Below, in pieces: positions 1 to 9,618 of a stretch of 64,000 nt of DNA. The stretch spans positions 1 to 64,000 of the forward strand of contig JBNPEG010000013.1 of the NCBI GenBank assembly GCA_051117555.1, written 5' to 3'. Position 1 is the stretch's first letter. Every line of letters starts with the position of its first letter. A model generated the notes under the pieces. That model searched no databases. It was given only the letters and a program-made list of their open reading frames with translations, and had not been told where the DNA came from. The position numbers were made by a program, and so were the translations under genes. Source of the DNA: Elainellaceae cyanobacterium (GTDB lineage Bacteria; Cyanobacteriota; Cyanobacteriia; CAZCXK01).

Positions 1-127
1 TCGCTCTTTCGTTCCATTACTATCAATGTGCTCCGACTGAGCGGATTCAAATCCATCGCACCTGCTCTACGTCAGCTAGCCAATCAAGTGGATGAGATTT
101 TTAAGCTCTTACAATGAATCAGCCCTG
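1..127 (+). mobile_element. Right end of an ISAs1-family insertion sequence (transposase C-terminus 1..117 plus terminal inverted repeat ending at 127)
   Basis: Frame +1 reads SLFRSITINVLRLSGFKSIAPALRQLANQVDEIFKLLQ* (TGA 115-117), resembling cyanobacterial ISAs1 transposase C-termini. It ends in ...CAATGAATCAGCCCTG (reverse complement CAGGGCTGATTCATTG), an ISAs1-type IR start. Not in the ORF track. Confidence 0.8.
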
Positions 128-2606
128 ATTACGCTACTAGAAGTGAAGATATCTGCTGGCAGAAATTCCCGAGTCTCAGATGACGTTTTTCCTATACAAA
201 TTGAAAGAGCTTCATTGTGAGCACGCTGAGCAAATTTATGTGGTATCGATGCATATCCATTAGTCGTTTTTGCACTGGAATTTTCGCGGAACTCTCGAAC
301 GCGCTTAATTTTTTCGGCTATCTCAGGTATCGAATTTCCAAGCTCTAGGTTCGTGTCTTCAATCCAAATGCAACATCGATTCCGGTAGTGGATTAATTCT
401 TTAGAACCTATAAACTCTTTCAAAAGCTGTCTTGACGGAGAATATTTCTCAATAAGGTAGGCAGCTTCTTCGCGCGTCAATATTAAGTTGCCTCCATCAC
501 GCGCCATACTGCCCATGACCATATTTCCAAATTCAGAATAAATTGGGTTGTCTTGAGTTTCAACATATAGTTCTGGGCCTGAAACTAGATAGGGAGATAT
601 CGATGCTACATCCCTTACTATTTCTTCGCTATAAAGCTTGCAAATAGTAGGCTTCTTTCTTTCAACTCCAATAATTATGCAATGTACGCCAGCGTTGTTT
701 GCTGCGTTATTTTTCCATTTGAACCCTTGATGAGCAAAGACAATGTGACAGCCCATCTTATAAAGACGCGACCAAAGATAGGCTACCTGTTCCCCCTGAC
801 TGATTGAGCTAGTCGAAACAAAGGCAAATTTTGCATCGCAGTGATTAGAAAAATGAGCAGCTTTTAAGAACCAGGCTGCCACATAGTCACAATCCTTATA
901 ATCGTTATGTCCCTCAAAGATGAGAGACATATCTTTTTTTTGGGCTTTAGTCTGCTTTCTAGCACCCTTAAACTGGGGATTGCCACAAATATATGTCTCT
1001 CCCCCTTCATTCTCAAAATCAACCTCTGCCGCCTCTTCCGGCTCACTAAATAAATCCAAATCCTCCCGTTTCACCTTTACCCCCGTCCCCGTCGGCGGGC
1101 AAATACTCAACCAATCCAACCGCAAGGCATTCCCACAGGTAATCCAGTTGTCATCCTTCAGCGGCAAAAACTCCGCCAGTGCTAGCCGTTGCCCCCGGTA
1201 CAGCACATCGCACTGATACTCCGCAATAATCAGCGCCAGCCGCGCCACCTCACAGGAAAAATGCCGAATTTCGATGCCCCGAAAGTTCGTCAGCGGAATC
1301 TCCGACTTGCGATCCGGCTCTCCCCGGCGGCGGTTGATTTCGGCTTCGATCGCCCGCATCTCCTTATAGGCAATCACCAAAAAATTCCCCGACCCACAGG
1401 CCGGGTCAAACACCCGAATCCGCGCCATCCGTTTCCGCAGATTCAGCAGCTTACGAGGATTGTCGCCTGCTGCTTCCAATTGGGTACGCAAGTCATCCAA
1501 AAACAACGGGTTCAGCACCTTGAGGATATTCGGCACACTGGTGTAGTGCATCCCCAGCGCTCCCCGCTCCTCATCATCCGCCACCGCCTGAATCATCGAG
1601 CCAAAGATGTCGGGGTTGATCTTCGTCCAGTCCAGATTGCCCACATGCAGCAGATACGAGCGGGCAATGCGGCTAAAGCGGGGGATGCCCTCACCCCCAG
1701 CCCCTCTCCCGTTCTGGGAGAGGGGAGAAGAGCCACCCTCTTGTCCCTCTTCTCCCTGCTTGGGAGAAGGGGTTAGGGGATGAGGGGAAATCCCAGCCTG
1801 AAGTCCCTCACCCCCAGCCCCTCTCCCAGGGAGGGAGAGGGGAGAAGAGCCAAACAGCCCCCCATTGGCATAGGGAAAATCAAGTGCCCAGTTCTTAATG
1901 TTGAGTGCCTGCCGTTCCTTCTGCCGCGTACTCATCGCCCGAAAGATTTCCGCCAGCACCTCATGGGTATTGGAGGCATCACTGGCGCTCATCTGGGCGA
2001 CCGTCTGGGTAAACAGGCCATCGCTGTGGAAGATGTTGGTGTCTTCCGCAAAGAAGCAGAAGATCAGCCGCGCCATGAAGTGGTTCATCTCCTGGCGGCG
2101 CTCTGCCGTGTCCCAGTCGGGGTTGGTCTTCAGCAGCTCCACATACAGCCGGTTGAGGCGACCCGTCGCCTTGATGTCAAAGGCATTCTCCCGAATCTGC
2201 TTAACCGTCGTAATGCCCGCCAGCGCTAGAAAAAAGCCGAAGTGGTCATGGAAGTCGGGGTAGTCGCAGGCGATCGTCTCATCATCGACCAGGTTCTCCG
2301 CCTGGAGGTCATGGCCGTCCGTCGCCAGAATGAACTTCGCCTTGTACTTGCGGGTCGCCGGACTCTCCCGCAGCGCCGTCAGGGTGTCCGCCACCTCCCC
2401 AGCCGCGCACACCTTGAGGTGAATGTGTTGCGCTGAAGGACGCCACCCAGATCGGACTTATTCGAGCCGCCTTTCGTACTTTTCAGCTTTTTGAGCGTCG
2501 TTTTCTTGTTGCCAAATGCTTCGAGAAAGGCAAAAGGAAACTCGTCAGGCTCAAAGGACGCTTCGGCGAGCTGTGAAATGGCTTCTTCGATCTCAACTGC
2601 GTTCAT
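128..2606 (-). pseudogene. YeeA/MmeI-like (type IIL-related) N6-adenine DNA methyltransferase, frameshifted and IS-interrupted
   Basis: N-terminus MNAVEIEEAISQLAE...GGVLQRN (2379..2606) continues in another frame as IHLKVCAAGEV... (ORF 109..2412). Motif I FDPACGSGNFL, HYTSVPNILKVL, motif IV GNPQF. The C-terminus is cut by the IS end at 127. Confidence 0.85.
1687..1848. repeat. Three palindromic CCCTCACCCCCAGCCCCTCTCCC..GGGAGAGGGG-type units (two direct, one inverted) inserted in frame in the methyltransferase
   Basis: Units at about 1688-1727, 1745-1786 (inverted) and 1805-1844. They encode SSPLSLPGRGAGGEG...SSPLSQNGRGAGGEG. Confidence 0.85.
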
Positions 2607-2691
2607 ACTCTGACCATCAATCTCTCAGGGGTTCGATGATAGCCTGTCGGGTGGGCTACTCTGATGCGCTGAGCATACGTGCCGCATTATC

Positions 2692-3795
2692 CTACTCGAG
2701 GATATTTAACTCTAGACATAGTTGCAAGTAAGTATCGGCCTGATCAAGGGGAGAGATGCGGGGCTTCAAGTTAGAAATTGAAATGCCCAAGAGTCTTACC
2801 TTTTTGCGATCGCCCACGTGGGTCATGAGCAGCTCTTGAGCCATGTGGGCAATAGTGGGTGAATGCTGGAGGCGATCGCCCACAGTGCGACTGCGAGTAA
2901 TTTGCTGATAGTCAGCATATTTGATCTTGAGCGTTAGCGTGTGCCCATAGTGCTGATGCTTGTCAAGACGAGCCTCAACCTGTTCGGCAACACGTGCAAG
3001 CTCAGCATTCATGGTGGCAAGGTCATCTAGGTCGGTTTCAAAGGTTTTTTCTGCGCCGATCGATTTACGAATGCGATTGGGGTTCACCGCTCGATCATCC
3101 TGTGCTCTGGCAATTCGGTAATAAAAATGCCCAACCTTGCCGAAACCGTTGACCAGTTCGGCTTCTGACCATTGCTTAAGGTCGGCTCCGGTGTGAATGC
3201 CGAGGCGATGCATTTTCGCGGCTGTCACAGTGCCAATGCCGTGAAATTTTTTGATCGGGAGGGTTTCGATAAATGCCTCCGCCTCATCCGGCAAAATAAT
3301 GCACAGACCATTGGGCTTGTTGATACCCGATGCGACCTTTGCCAAAAACTTATTGATAGACACGCCAGCCGACGCAGTCAGATGAGTCTCATCCCAAATG
3401 CGCTGTTTGATGTCGCGGGCGATCGCCACGGCTGAGGCTCGGTTGATGTGATTCGTAGTGACATCGAGATAGGCTTCATCGAGAGATAAGGGCTCTACTA
3501 GGTCGGTATAGTCGTGGAAGATGGCGCGGATCTGCTGTGAAACGTCGCGATATACGTCAAATCGAGGTTTGACAAAAATTAAGTCTTTGCACTTTTGCGC
3601 GGCTGTGCGAGACGGCATCGCGGAATGAATGCCATATTTGCGGGCTTCATAACTGGCAGCCGCAACCGCTCCTCGCTTTTCAGGGGAACCGCCCACAACG
3701 ATTGGTTTGCCTCGATAGCCTGGCTGGTCACGCTGTTCAACCGATGCATAGAAAGCATCCATATCCACATGGATGATTTTTCGAGGAGTGGTCAT
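2692..3795 (-). CDS. dinB: DNA polymerase IV (Y family)
   Basis: IIHVDMDAFYASVE, AASYEAR, SLDEAYLD, KPNG and little-finger VRLLGI motifs. Start moved to ATG 3795 (MTTPRK); the longer ORF overlaps the divergent gene. Confidence 0.95.
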   Translation of the reverse strand: MTTPRKIIHVDMDAFYASVEQRDQPGYRGKPIVVGGSPEKRGAVAAASYEARKYGIHSAMPSRTAAQKCKDLIFVKPRFDVYRDVSQQIRAIFHDYTDLVEPLSLDEAYLDVTTNHINRASAVAIARDIKQRIWDETHLTASAGVSINKFLAKVASGINKPNGLCIILPDEAEAFIETLPIKKFHGIGTVTAAKMHRLGIHTGADLKQWSEAELVNGFGKVGHFYYRIARAQDDRAVNPNRIRKSIGAEKTFETDLDDLATMNAELARVAEQVEARLDKHQHYGHTLTLKIKYADYQQITRSRTVGDRLQHSPTIAHMAQELLMTHVGDRKKVRLLGISISNLKPRISPLDQADTYLQLCLELNILE

Positions 3796-3962
3796 CGTCG
3801 GTACAGGTCTTAATGTGACAATTAATACCAGATCGGGCACAAACGAGCGCTGGATTGAGTCGTTGGGTTTGTGATCAGGTTGCGCGTTGCCAGTCGCGTG
3901 TGCGACCTCGATTGTTTTTACATCAATCCCCTGAAACCATAATAAATACCCTATAAACACTG

Positions 3963-4424
3963 ATGAAATACTCTCTGATTTTAATTGCATCACTCATTCT
4001 ATCGGGATTCGTCTTTCTGCCTGCTGAGGCTCAATCGACTGATTTGCAAGCGTCCCAACAAATTGCTCAAGATACTCAAACACCGGAGTATGAGGCGATC
4101 GCCCAAGAATTCGTCAACGACTTGGCAAGTGCTGATTTTGATGCCGCCATTCAAACCTTCGATACAAGCGGCGCAGAAAATGTTACCCAGTCTAGTCTGA
4201 CCCAAACCTGGCAAGATATCGTTGCTCAGAGCGGCTCATTGCAACAGCAAGTGGATGCTCAACTCGAACCCGGTGAGCCTTCTAACGGCCCCACTCTGGT
4301 GATCATTACAGGCGAATTTGAACGCGAATGCCGAGACCTCTTCGTGATTATGGATGAAACCGGAGAGGTGATTGGTTTGGATGTCGCCAACGGTGAACCC
4401 CTCGATACGTGTCAGTCGAATTAG
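3963..4424 (+). CDS. Secreted DUF3887-like protein
   Basis: Signal peptide (…PAEA). FVNDLASADFDAA…LTQTWQDIVAQSG…GEFE…DETGEVIGL pattern. Confidence 0.7.
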   Translation: MKYSLILIASLILSGFVFLPAEAQSTDLQASQQIAQDTQTPEYEAIAQEFVNDLASADFDAAIQTFDTSGAENVTQSSLTQTWQDIVAQSGSLQQQVDAQLEPGEPSNGPTLVIITGEFERECRDLFVIMDETGEVIGLDVANGEPLDTCQSN

Positions 4425-4542
4425 TCGAGTTTCGATTTTTGGGAGATTCATGATCTATGAGTCTAGGGGCTTGACCCTATCAAGCCCTTAATCGACTGGT
4501 CTGCCCATCTCATGTAGATTTCATCCATGCACGACTTAGTTT

Positions 4543-5811
4543 ATGAATAGCTCACGTTCAACCGATCGCACCAGAATTCGCACTAAAACGCTGATGATCA
4601 TGGCGATCGCCAGTTTGGGCAGTCTTGTTTCAGCTCCAAGCCTAGCCGTAAATTTTGGTCAACAAGACGTCAATCAATCACGATTTGTGGCGATCGCCTC
4701 TCCCGTGGGTGCGTCATCTCATCAACTGCTGATTCTGGAACAAATTTCAGACACGCGCCCGTGCTGGCGTGAGATTGGTGATAACCCTACCCTTATAGAG
4801 CCACTGCTCCTCAATTTTGACTTCACAGGCATCTGTGGTCGCAGCACCGACAGCAATGGATACTCGATTCGAATCGCAGGCGACGACCTCGGACTCGATT
4901 ATTCCTTGCGGATTGTCAATCGGGATGGAAATCTCGTTCTCCTGGGTGCCCCCTTCAATCGCCAAGGACAAAGCTTTGAGATTGGTCGAGCCGACGGGGT
5001 TGCGTCTGACTATGTCAAAATCACTCTCAATCCTGAATGGCGGTTTACTAAACGCACCTATAACGGCAGAACGCTTGGTCATGTTTATCTGACCCGTGCT
5101 ACGCCGCTTCCATCTCCGGAACCTGAGCAACCTGCCCCACCTGACCCAGAACCACCTGAATCCGCACCCCCTGAATCTGAACCGCCCGAACCATCCCAAG
5201 AAGCCGCTCAGTTTCGAGATATTGCAGGCGATGTCTATGCCCAAGACATTCGAGCCGCCGTCGAGCTTGGCTTTATTGCGGGTTTCCCTGAAGACAATAC
5301 CTTTAGACCCCTCGCCTCTCTAACCCGCGAACAACTTGTGTCGATGGTCTTAGAAGCCTTAAGAACATTGCCTGATGCCGAATTAACCATTCCAACTCAG
5401 GCAAACCAAAATCCGTATCCCGATGTCTCAGCCTCTCGATGGAGTGCGGCTAAAATTCAATTTGCTCGCTCAGCAAATATTGTCAGCGGCTATCCTGATG
5501 GCTCCTTCCGCCCGACGCAAGCCGTGACTCGTGCTGAGCTGATCGCGATTCTCCGCAGAGCCGCCGAATATGGCAAATCGCTTCAATCGCAGAGCAATAC
5601 CCTTGAAGCGACTCAAGATCCAGCTCAGTTTGCAGATATTTCTAACCATTGGGCAGCGTCACTGATTACAGACATGTCTGCGTATTGCGGCGTGGCATCT
5701 CCCTACAACGAACAGGGCAGCAACTTTTTACCCAACCAATCGGCTCAGCGGAATTATGCCGCCGCAGCGACTCTTCGGCTGGTGAGGTGCCTGCAATCTG
5801 AGGAGGACTAA
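4543..5811 (+). CDS. DUF3747 domain protein with C-terminal S-layer homology (SLH) repeats
   Basis: FGQQDVNQSRFVAIA…LLILEQI…PCW…FDFTGICGRSTDSNGYSIR (DUF3747), a Pro-rich linker, and SLH motifs GFPEDNTFRP…TRE and GYPDGSFRP…TRAE. Confidence 0.85.
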   Translation: MNSSRSTDRTRIRTKTLMIMAIASLGSLVSAPSLAVNFGQQDVNQSRFVAIASPVGASSHQLLILEQISDTRPCWREIGDNPTLIEPLLLNFDFTGICGRSTDSNGYSIRIAGDDLGLDYSLRIVNRDGNLVLLGAPFNRQGQSFEIGRADGVASDYVKITLNPEWRFTKRTYNGRTLGHVYLTRATPLPSPEPEQPAPPDPEPPESAPPESEPPEPSQEAAQFRDIAGDVYAQDIRAAVELGFIAGFPEDNTFRPLASLTREQLVSMVLEALRTLPDAELTIPTQANQNPYPDVSASRWSAAKIQFARSANIVSGYPDGSFRPTQAVTRAELIAILRRAAEYGKSLQSQSNTLEATQDPAQFADISNHWAASLITDMSAYCGVASPYNEQGSNFLPNQSAQRNYAAAATLRLVRCLQSEED

Positions 5812-5814
5812 TAT

Positions 5815-5904
5815 AAGCCCTACAGGCTCAGGTTTGTGTGGTGAGCCCCCGCGCTGCAAGGCTCACACACGTTCAACGTCCTAACGCGAGAGCGTACGGC
5901 TATA
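5815..5904. repeat. ~90-bp MITE-like dispersed repeat, copy 1 (copy 2 at 24541-24632)
   Basis: AAGCCCTACAGGCTCAGGTTTGTGTGGTGA…CACGTTCAACGTCCTAACGCGAGAGCGTACGGCTATA; near-identical flanks at 24541, internal hairpin. Confidence 0.85.
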
Positions 5905-6123
5905 CCAATTCCTCGAATAAAGGCTACAGATGATTGGCTGTACGGGCATGGCATTGCCTTAGCGAAGCCATGCCCATAGGGCTATTGCCCCTCCGAAAAT
6001 CATTCGTCGATGAGCAATGCCTACGGCCGTGTGCCAAGGCAGGCTCCGCCAACGCCCCTTCGAAGATCTGTAAATTGGATCTAAAGAATTGATGAAAGCG
6101 CATAGTGCTACACCCTAGATTTT

Positions 6124-7716
6124 CTAAAGACTGGGCACTCCTAAATCTTGCAGGATTCCGGTTGCTGCCGCTTCCCCGGTTTCACAGGCTCCTTCCATAT
6201 ATCCTTGGGCATCGTATGAGCAGTGCTCACCCGCAAACCAGATATTGCCAACACGCTCAATTTCTGCGCCTCCAAACTGAGTCCATTGCCCTGTTAAATA
6301 GCACGAATACGATCCTCGCTGATAGTGTTCTCCAGGCCAAAAGGCTCGAATGGCCCGTCCGTCTCGAACTTGGCCGATGCCTGGGTAGAGGTGTTCGACT
6401 TGATTCACCAATCGCTGAGCATGATAGTCAGAACTCCCTGTCCCGAGTGCTAATCCGTGAAATCCACCTGTCAGGTTGGCAAGCCATCCGGTTGATGCAT
6501 AACGGCTGCTCTCCCAAATACTCTGAAAATCTAAGTCTGAAAATGTGGTGGCAGTCGAATGATATCGCGTGCGCCAGATAGGTTCTCGAAAGGGAGTGAG
6601 TAATTTGGTGTGGGTGCCATATCCGAGTTGCTGAATGGCGTGTTGTTTAATGGGCGGCAGATCAGCGGCGATCGCCACATGTCGGAGCACGCTAAACGGA
6701 ATGGCTAGTACGATTCGCTCATAGGTGCGTTCCACAGTAGAAAGTCCGGTTTGCAAACCAACTCGATAGCGCCCGTCCGACTGGCGATTAATAGATTCTA
6801 AAATCGTGCCTGTTTCAATGTAAGGAGCGAGCGTCTCGGCTAAGCGTTGAGGAATTTGTTCATTGCCACCGACGATGTTAAATCGCTCATCGCTCGTTCC
6901 GTAAACGCTCCAGGTTTCTAGGTTTGTTTGCAGCAGGTGAAGCAAATTCAACGAGGATTGCTCATCCGGTTCACGACCAAATTCATTCAAATACGTCACG
7001 TGAATGAGCGTCTTGAAGGTAGGATCGATATCCAATCGGTCAAGATACTCTGCGAGTGAGGTGTGATCGAGTCGAATCGCTGTCGGATTCGGTGCATGGT
7101 AAGTCACGTTTTGCATGCCCAAGCGGCTCAAATCGGCCTCCATCTGACAGACAAGCGGCTTAACCCCTTCCAAAATCTGATCGGCACCGAGCATTTGACC
7201 GTCAAAAAACCAGGTTTGCGCGAGAAAGCCCTCGTCAGACTGCTGCAAATCGATGATCTCTAACCCCAATTCTTGGGCGAGCGATCGCAGCCGAACATGC
7301 CCCGAATCGATAAATTCGCCCCCCAACTCAACCGCGATCGCTCGCCCTGGAGGCATAGGTGCTGTCTTAACGCTACGCAATCGTCCCCCAATGCGAGACG
7401 TGGCTTCAACAATATCCACCGGAACGCCAGCCTGGTGAAGACGATAGGCTGCTATTAATCCCGCAATTCCGGCACCAACAATCAATACCTTGGATTCAGT
7501 CCCTATCGCTTGAAGCTTGAAAACCGGCGGAATTGGGGCGATCGCCTGAACGCCAACCCCTGCTGTTAGCGCTAAACTTCCTTGAAGAAATTTCCGCCGT
7601 GAGATCTGACGAGTCAAATAGTCTTGCACATCGTCCGTTGGAATGTTGTGCTTAATCGAGATTTGTGCGATTCGATAGGCGTTTTGCAGCAGATTCGTGA
7701 GAATAGTTCTAGACAT
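6124..7716 (-). CDS. Flavin-dependent amine oxidase family oxidoreductase with twin-arginine-like motif
   Basis: SRRKFL, VLIVGAGIAGL (Rossmann), RIGGR, ELGGEFID, FAGEH…GYMEGA. Confidence 0.9.
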   Translation of the reverse strand: MSRTILTNLLQNAYRIAQISIKHNIPTDDVQDYLTRQISRRKFLQGSLALTAGVGVQAIAPIPPVFKLQAIGTESKVLIVGAGIAGLIAAYRLHQAGVPVDIVEATSRIGGRLRSVKTAPMPPGRAIAVELGGEFIDSGHVRLRSLAQELGLEIIDLQQSDEGFLAQTWFFDGQMLGADQILEGVKPLVCQMEADLSRLGMQNVTYHAPNPTAIRLDHTSLAEYLDRLDIDPTFKTLIHVTYLNEFGREPDEQSSLNLLHLLQTNLETWSVYGTSDERFNIVGGNEQIPQRLAETLAPYIETGTILESINRQSDGRYRVGLQTGLSTVERTYERIVLAIPFSVLRHVAIAADLPPIKQHAIQQLGYGTHTKLLTPFREPIWRTRYHSTATTFSDLDFQSIWESSRYASTGWLANLTGGFHGLALGTGSSDYHAQRLVNQVEHLYPGIGQVRDGRAIRAFWPGEHYQRGSYSCYLTGQWTQFGGAEIERVGNIWFAGEHCSYDAQGYMEGACETGEAAATGILQDLGVPSL

Positions 7717-8017
7717 ACAGCTCTTCGCGAGATAATGAAGATAAGACGAACCTCAGCAACCCTGGTCACTCCTCAGGAAAAATTCATCAATTAGAGATTC
7801 CATCAATTTAATGAATCCAATACGTCTAACTAAATCTATTTAGACTCCGATAAATAAATCCGATAGATCCAAACTTGATAAGGCATTGATGCCGTTCCCT
7901 GATTGACTTTATTCAAGACGAATCTGCAAATTTATCTTGAAATTGTTGATACTAAACCATACGCCTATTTCATCCTGACGGGTGACAACATATTATTTGA
8001 CGAACAGAGGAACTGCT

Positions 8018-9169
8018 GTGCTGCTATCAAAGGGCTTTGAAGTCGAAATCTACACCGGAACGCCCCAAGGCGACATTCTGGGTTTCTCGGATCAGGTTGT
8101 AGCAAACTTAGATGGGTTTACTCGCGAACCTGATGCTCGAAATGTCGAATATACAACGGCTCCTCTTTGTCGTTATGAACGTTTATTATGTGAGCTGGTG
8201 AAGCCCCGGTTGCGGCTCCGCTCCTATCTCAAGCGCCTGGGAGACTATACCCTCGTTCCGGGTAGCACGTTGTCCTTAGGAGGCCGCGATCGCTTTTATC
8301 GCTCTGACCCAGCAAACCCTTATCACGACTACATCGAACACACCTACGGAACCGATGTTGTTACCGCAAGTATCCATATCAATATCGGCATTGACGATCC
8401 CGAAACGCTGATGCGGGCCTGTCGTCTAGTCCGTGTCGAAGCACCTCTATTCTTAGCCCTGAGTGCTTCGTCTCCATTTCTAGACGGAAAAGCAACCGGA
8501 TACCACTCGACACGCTGGCAAGTCTTTCCTAAGACTCCGGCTCATGTTCCCCTATTCGAATCCCATGCTCACCACATTGCCTGGATGAATGAGCAAATTG
8601 CCCAAGGAACCATGCAAAATGTGCGGCATCTGTGGTCATCGGTGCGACCGAATGGCGATCGCCGTCCCTATACTCTCAATCGCCTAGAATTGAGAATCTG
8701 TGATTTGGTGAGCGAGCCAGTCAAACTACTAGCGATTACCGCGTTACTCGAAGCCCGCCTCCTTCAGCTATTGGAGCATCCCGAGCTAGATCCCTTAGAA
8801 AGCAGTTCTCTTCCATCCACAACGCGGTCAGACGATCTCGTTGATTTAACCGACGCCAACGAGAAAGCAGCGGCTAAACTCAGCCTAGATGCCGAATTAA
8901 AACATTGGCATGACGGCAGCAGCATTTTGGCGCGAGATTGGATTGAACAGATATACCAAGAGGTGTGGGCAACTGCAAAGGCAAATGGCATTAGCTGTTT
9001 TCTTTCGCCCTTAAAGAAAATCTTGAGAGAAGGTAACGAAGCGCAGCGCTGGCTTAGTCTTTATTACCAAGGCATAGACTGCACGAGCATCATGACTCAA
9101 GCAATTCAACAATCTGCAGAACAAGAACTTGCCTTAGAAAGTGAACTGTGTGAACCTCTGGCTGCTTAA
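8018..9169 (+). CDS. gshA: Glutamate--cysteine ligase (cyanobacterial type)
   Basis: LSKGFEVEIYTG, EPDARNVEYTT, TASIHINIG, RHLWSSVRPNG…NRLELRICD. GTG start at 8018 after AGAGG. Confidence 0.92.
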   Translation: MLLSKGFEVEIYTGTPQGDILGFSDQVVANLDGFTREPDARNVEYTTAPLCRYERLLCELVKPRLRLRSYLKRLGDYTLVPGSTLSLGGRDRFYRSDPANPYHDYIEHTYGTDVVTASIHINIGIDDPETLMRACRLVRVEAPLFLALSASSPFLDGKATGYHSTRWQVFPKTPAHVPLFESHAHHIAWMNEQIAQGTMQNVRHLWSSVRPNGDRRPYTLNRLELRICDLVSEPVKLLAITALLEARLLQLLEHPELDPLESSSLPSTTRSDDLVDLTDANEKAAAKLSLDAELKHWHDGSSILARDWIEQIYQEVWATAKANGISCFLSPLKKILREGNEAQRWLSLYYQGIDCTSIMTQAIQQSAEQELALESELCEPLAA

Positions 9170-9267
9170 TCAAGGCGACTTGAACCGTCCCTCTGTCGAT
9201 GCCTGAAAATGCACGCTATTGCTCGGCAGAGCAGACTTATCTGTACTTGATGCGATTTCAAATTGCG

Positions 9268-9357
9268 ATAGCAATCCCAGATGGGGTGTGAGCAGTGGGT
9301 AGGCGGCACCTGCCCCACCGCTCACACCCAAATCACAAGCGATTTAGGATTGCTATA
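9268..9357. repeat. MITE-like element with terminal inverted repeats ATAGCAATCC…GGATTGCTAT and an internal GC hairpin
   Basis: TIRs are visible directly. Inner stem GGGTGTGAGC…GCTCACACCC. A related 25-bp half-site lies at 30732-30756. Confidence 0.75.
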
Positions 9358-9618
9358 GATGTGCAGAGAATTAAAAAACATCAAAATATCTTGACAAAAT
9401 TCTCACGAAAATAAAAAAAATCTCTTCCTGGTGTCATACATCAGAAATACATATATCTTGCTCGTAGGCGGTGTTCTTCTAGGATGCGATCGCAGTGCTC
9501 GTTAAACTATACATCATGACGATATGAGGGTTCCATAAACCTGCGCTTTATCCTTGATTAAGCTGCAAAATAGTGGCTGTCCTCTTTAACAAACGTCACG
9601 CTAGTCTATGGTTTCCAT

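Noticed and set aside
920..2436. Plus-strand ORFs (195, 149, 121 aa and others) opposite the methyltransferase
   Set aside because: Antisense shadows of a GC-rich coding region with no recognisable motifs.
3796..3830. Possible LexA box upstream of dinB (GGTAC…)
   Set aside because: Only a half-site; no properly spaced GTAC-N3-GTWC palindrome.
3796..3993. 66-aa N-terminal extension of DinB in the ORF track
   Set aside because: It overlaps the divergent gene start, and family similarity begins at MTTPRKIIHVD.
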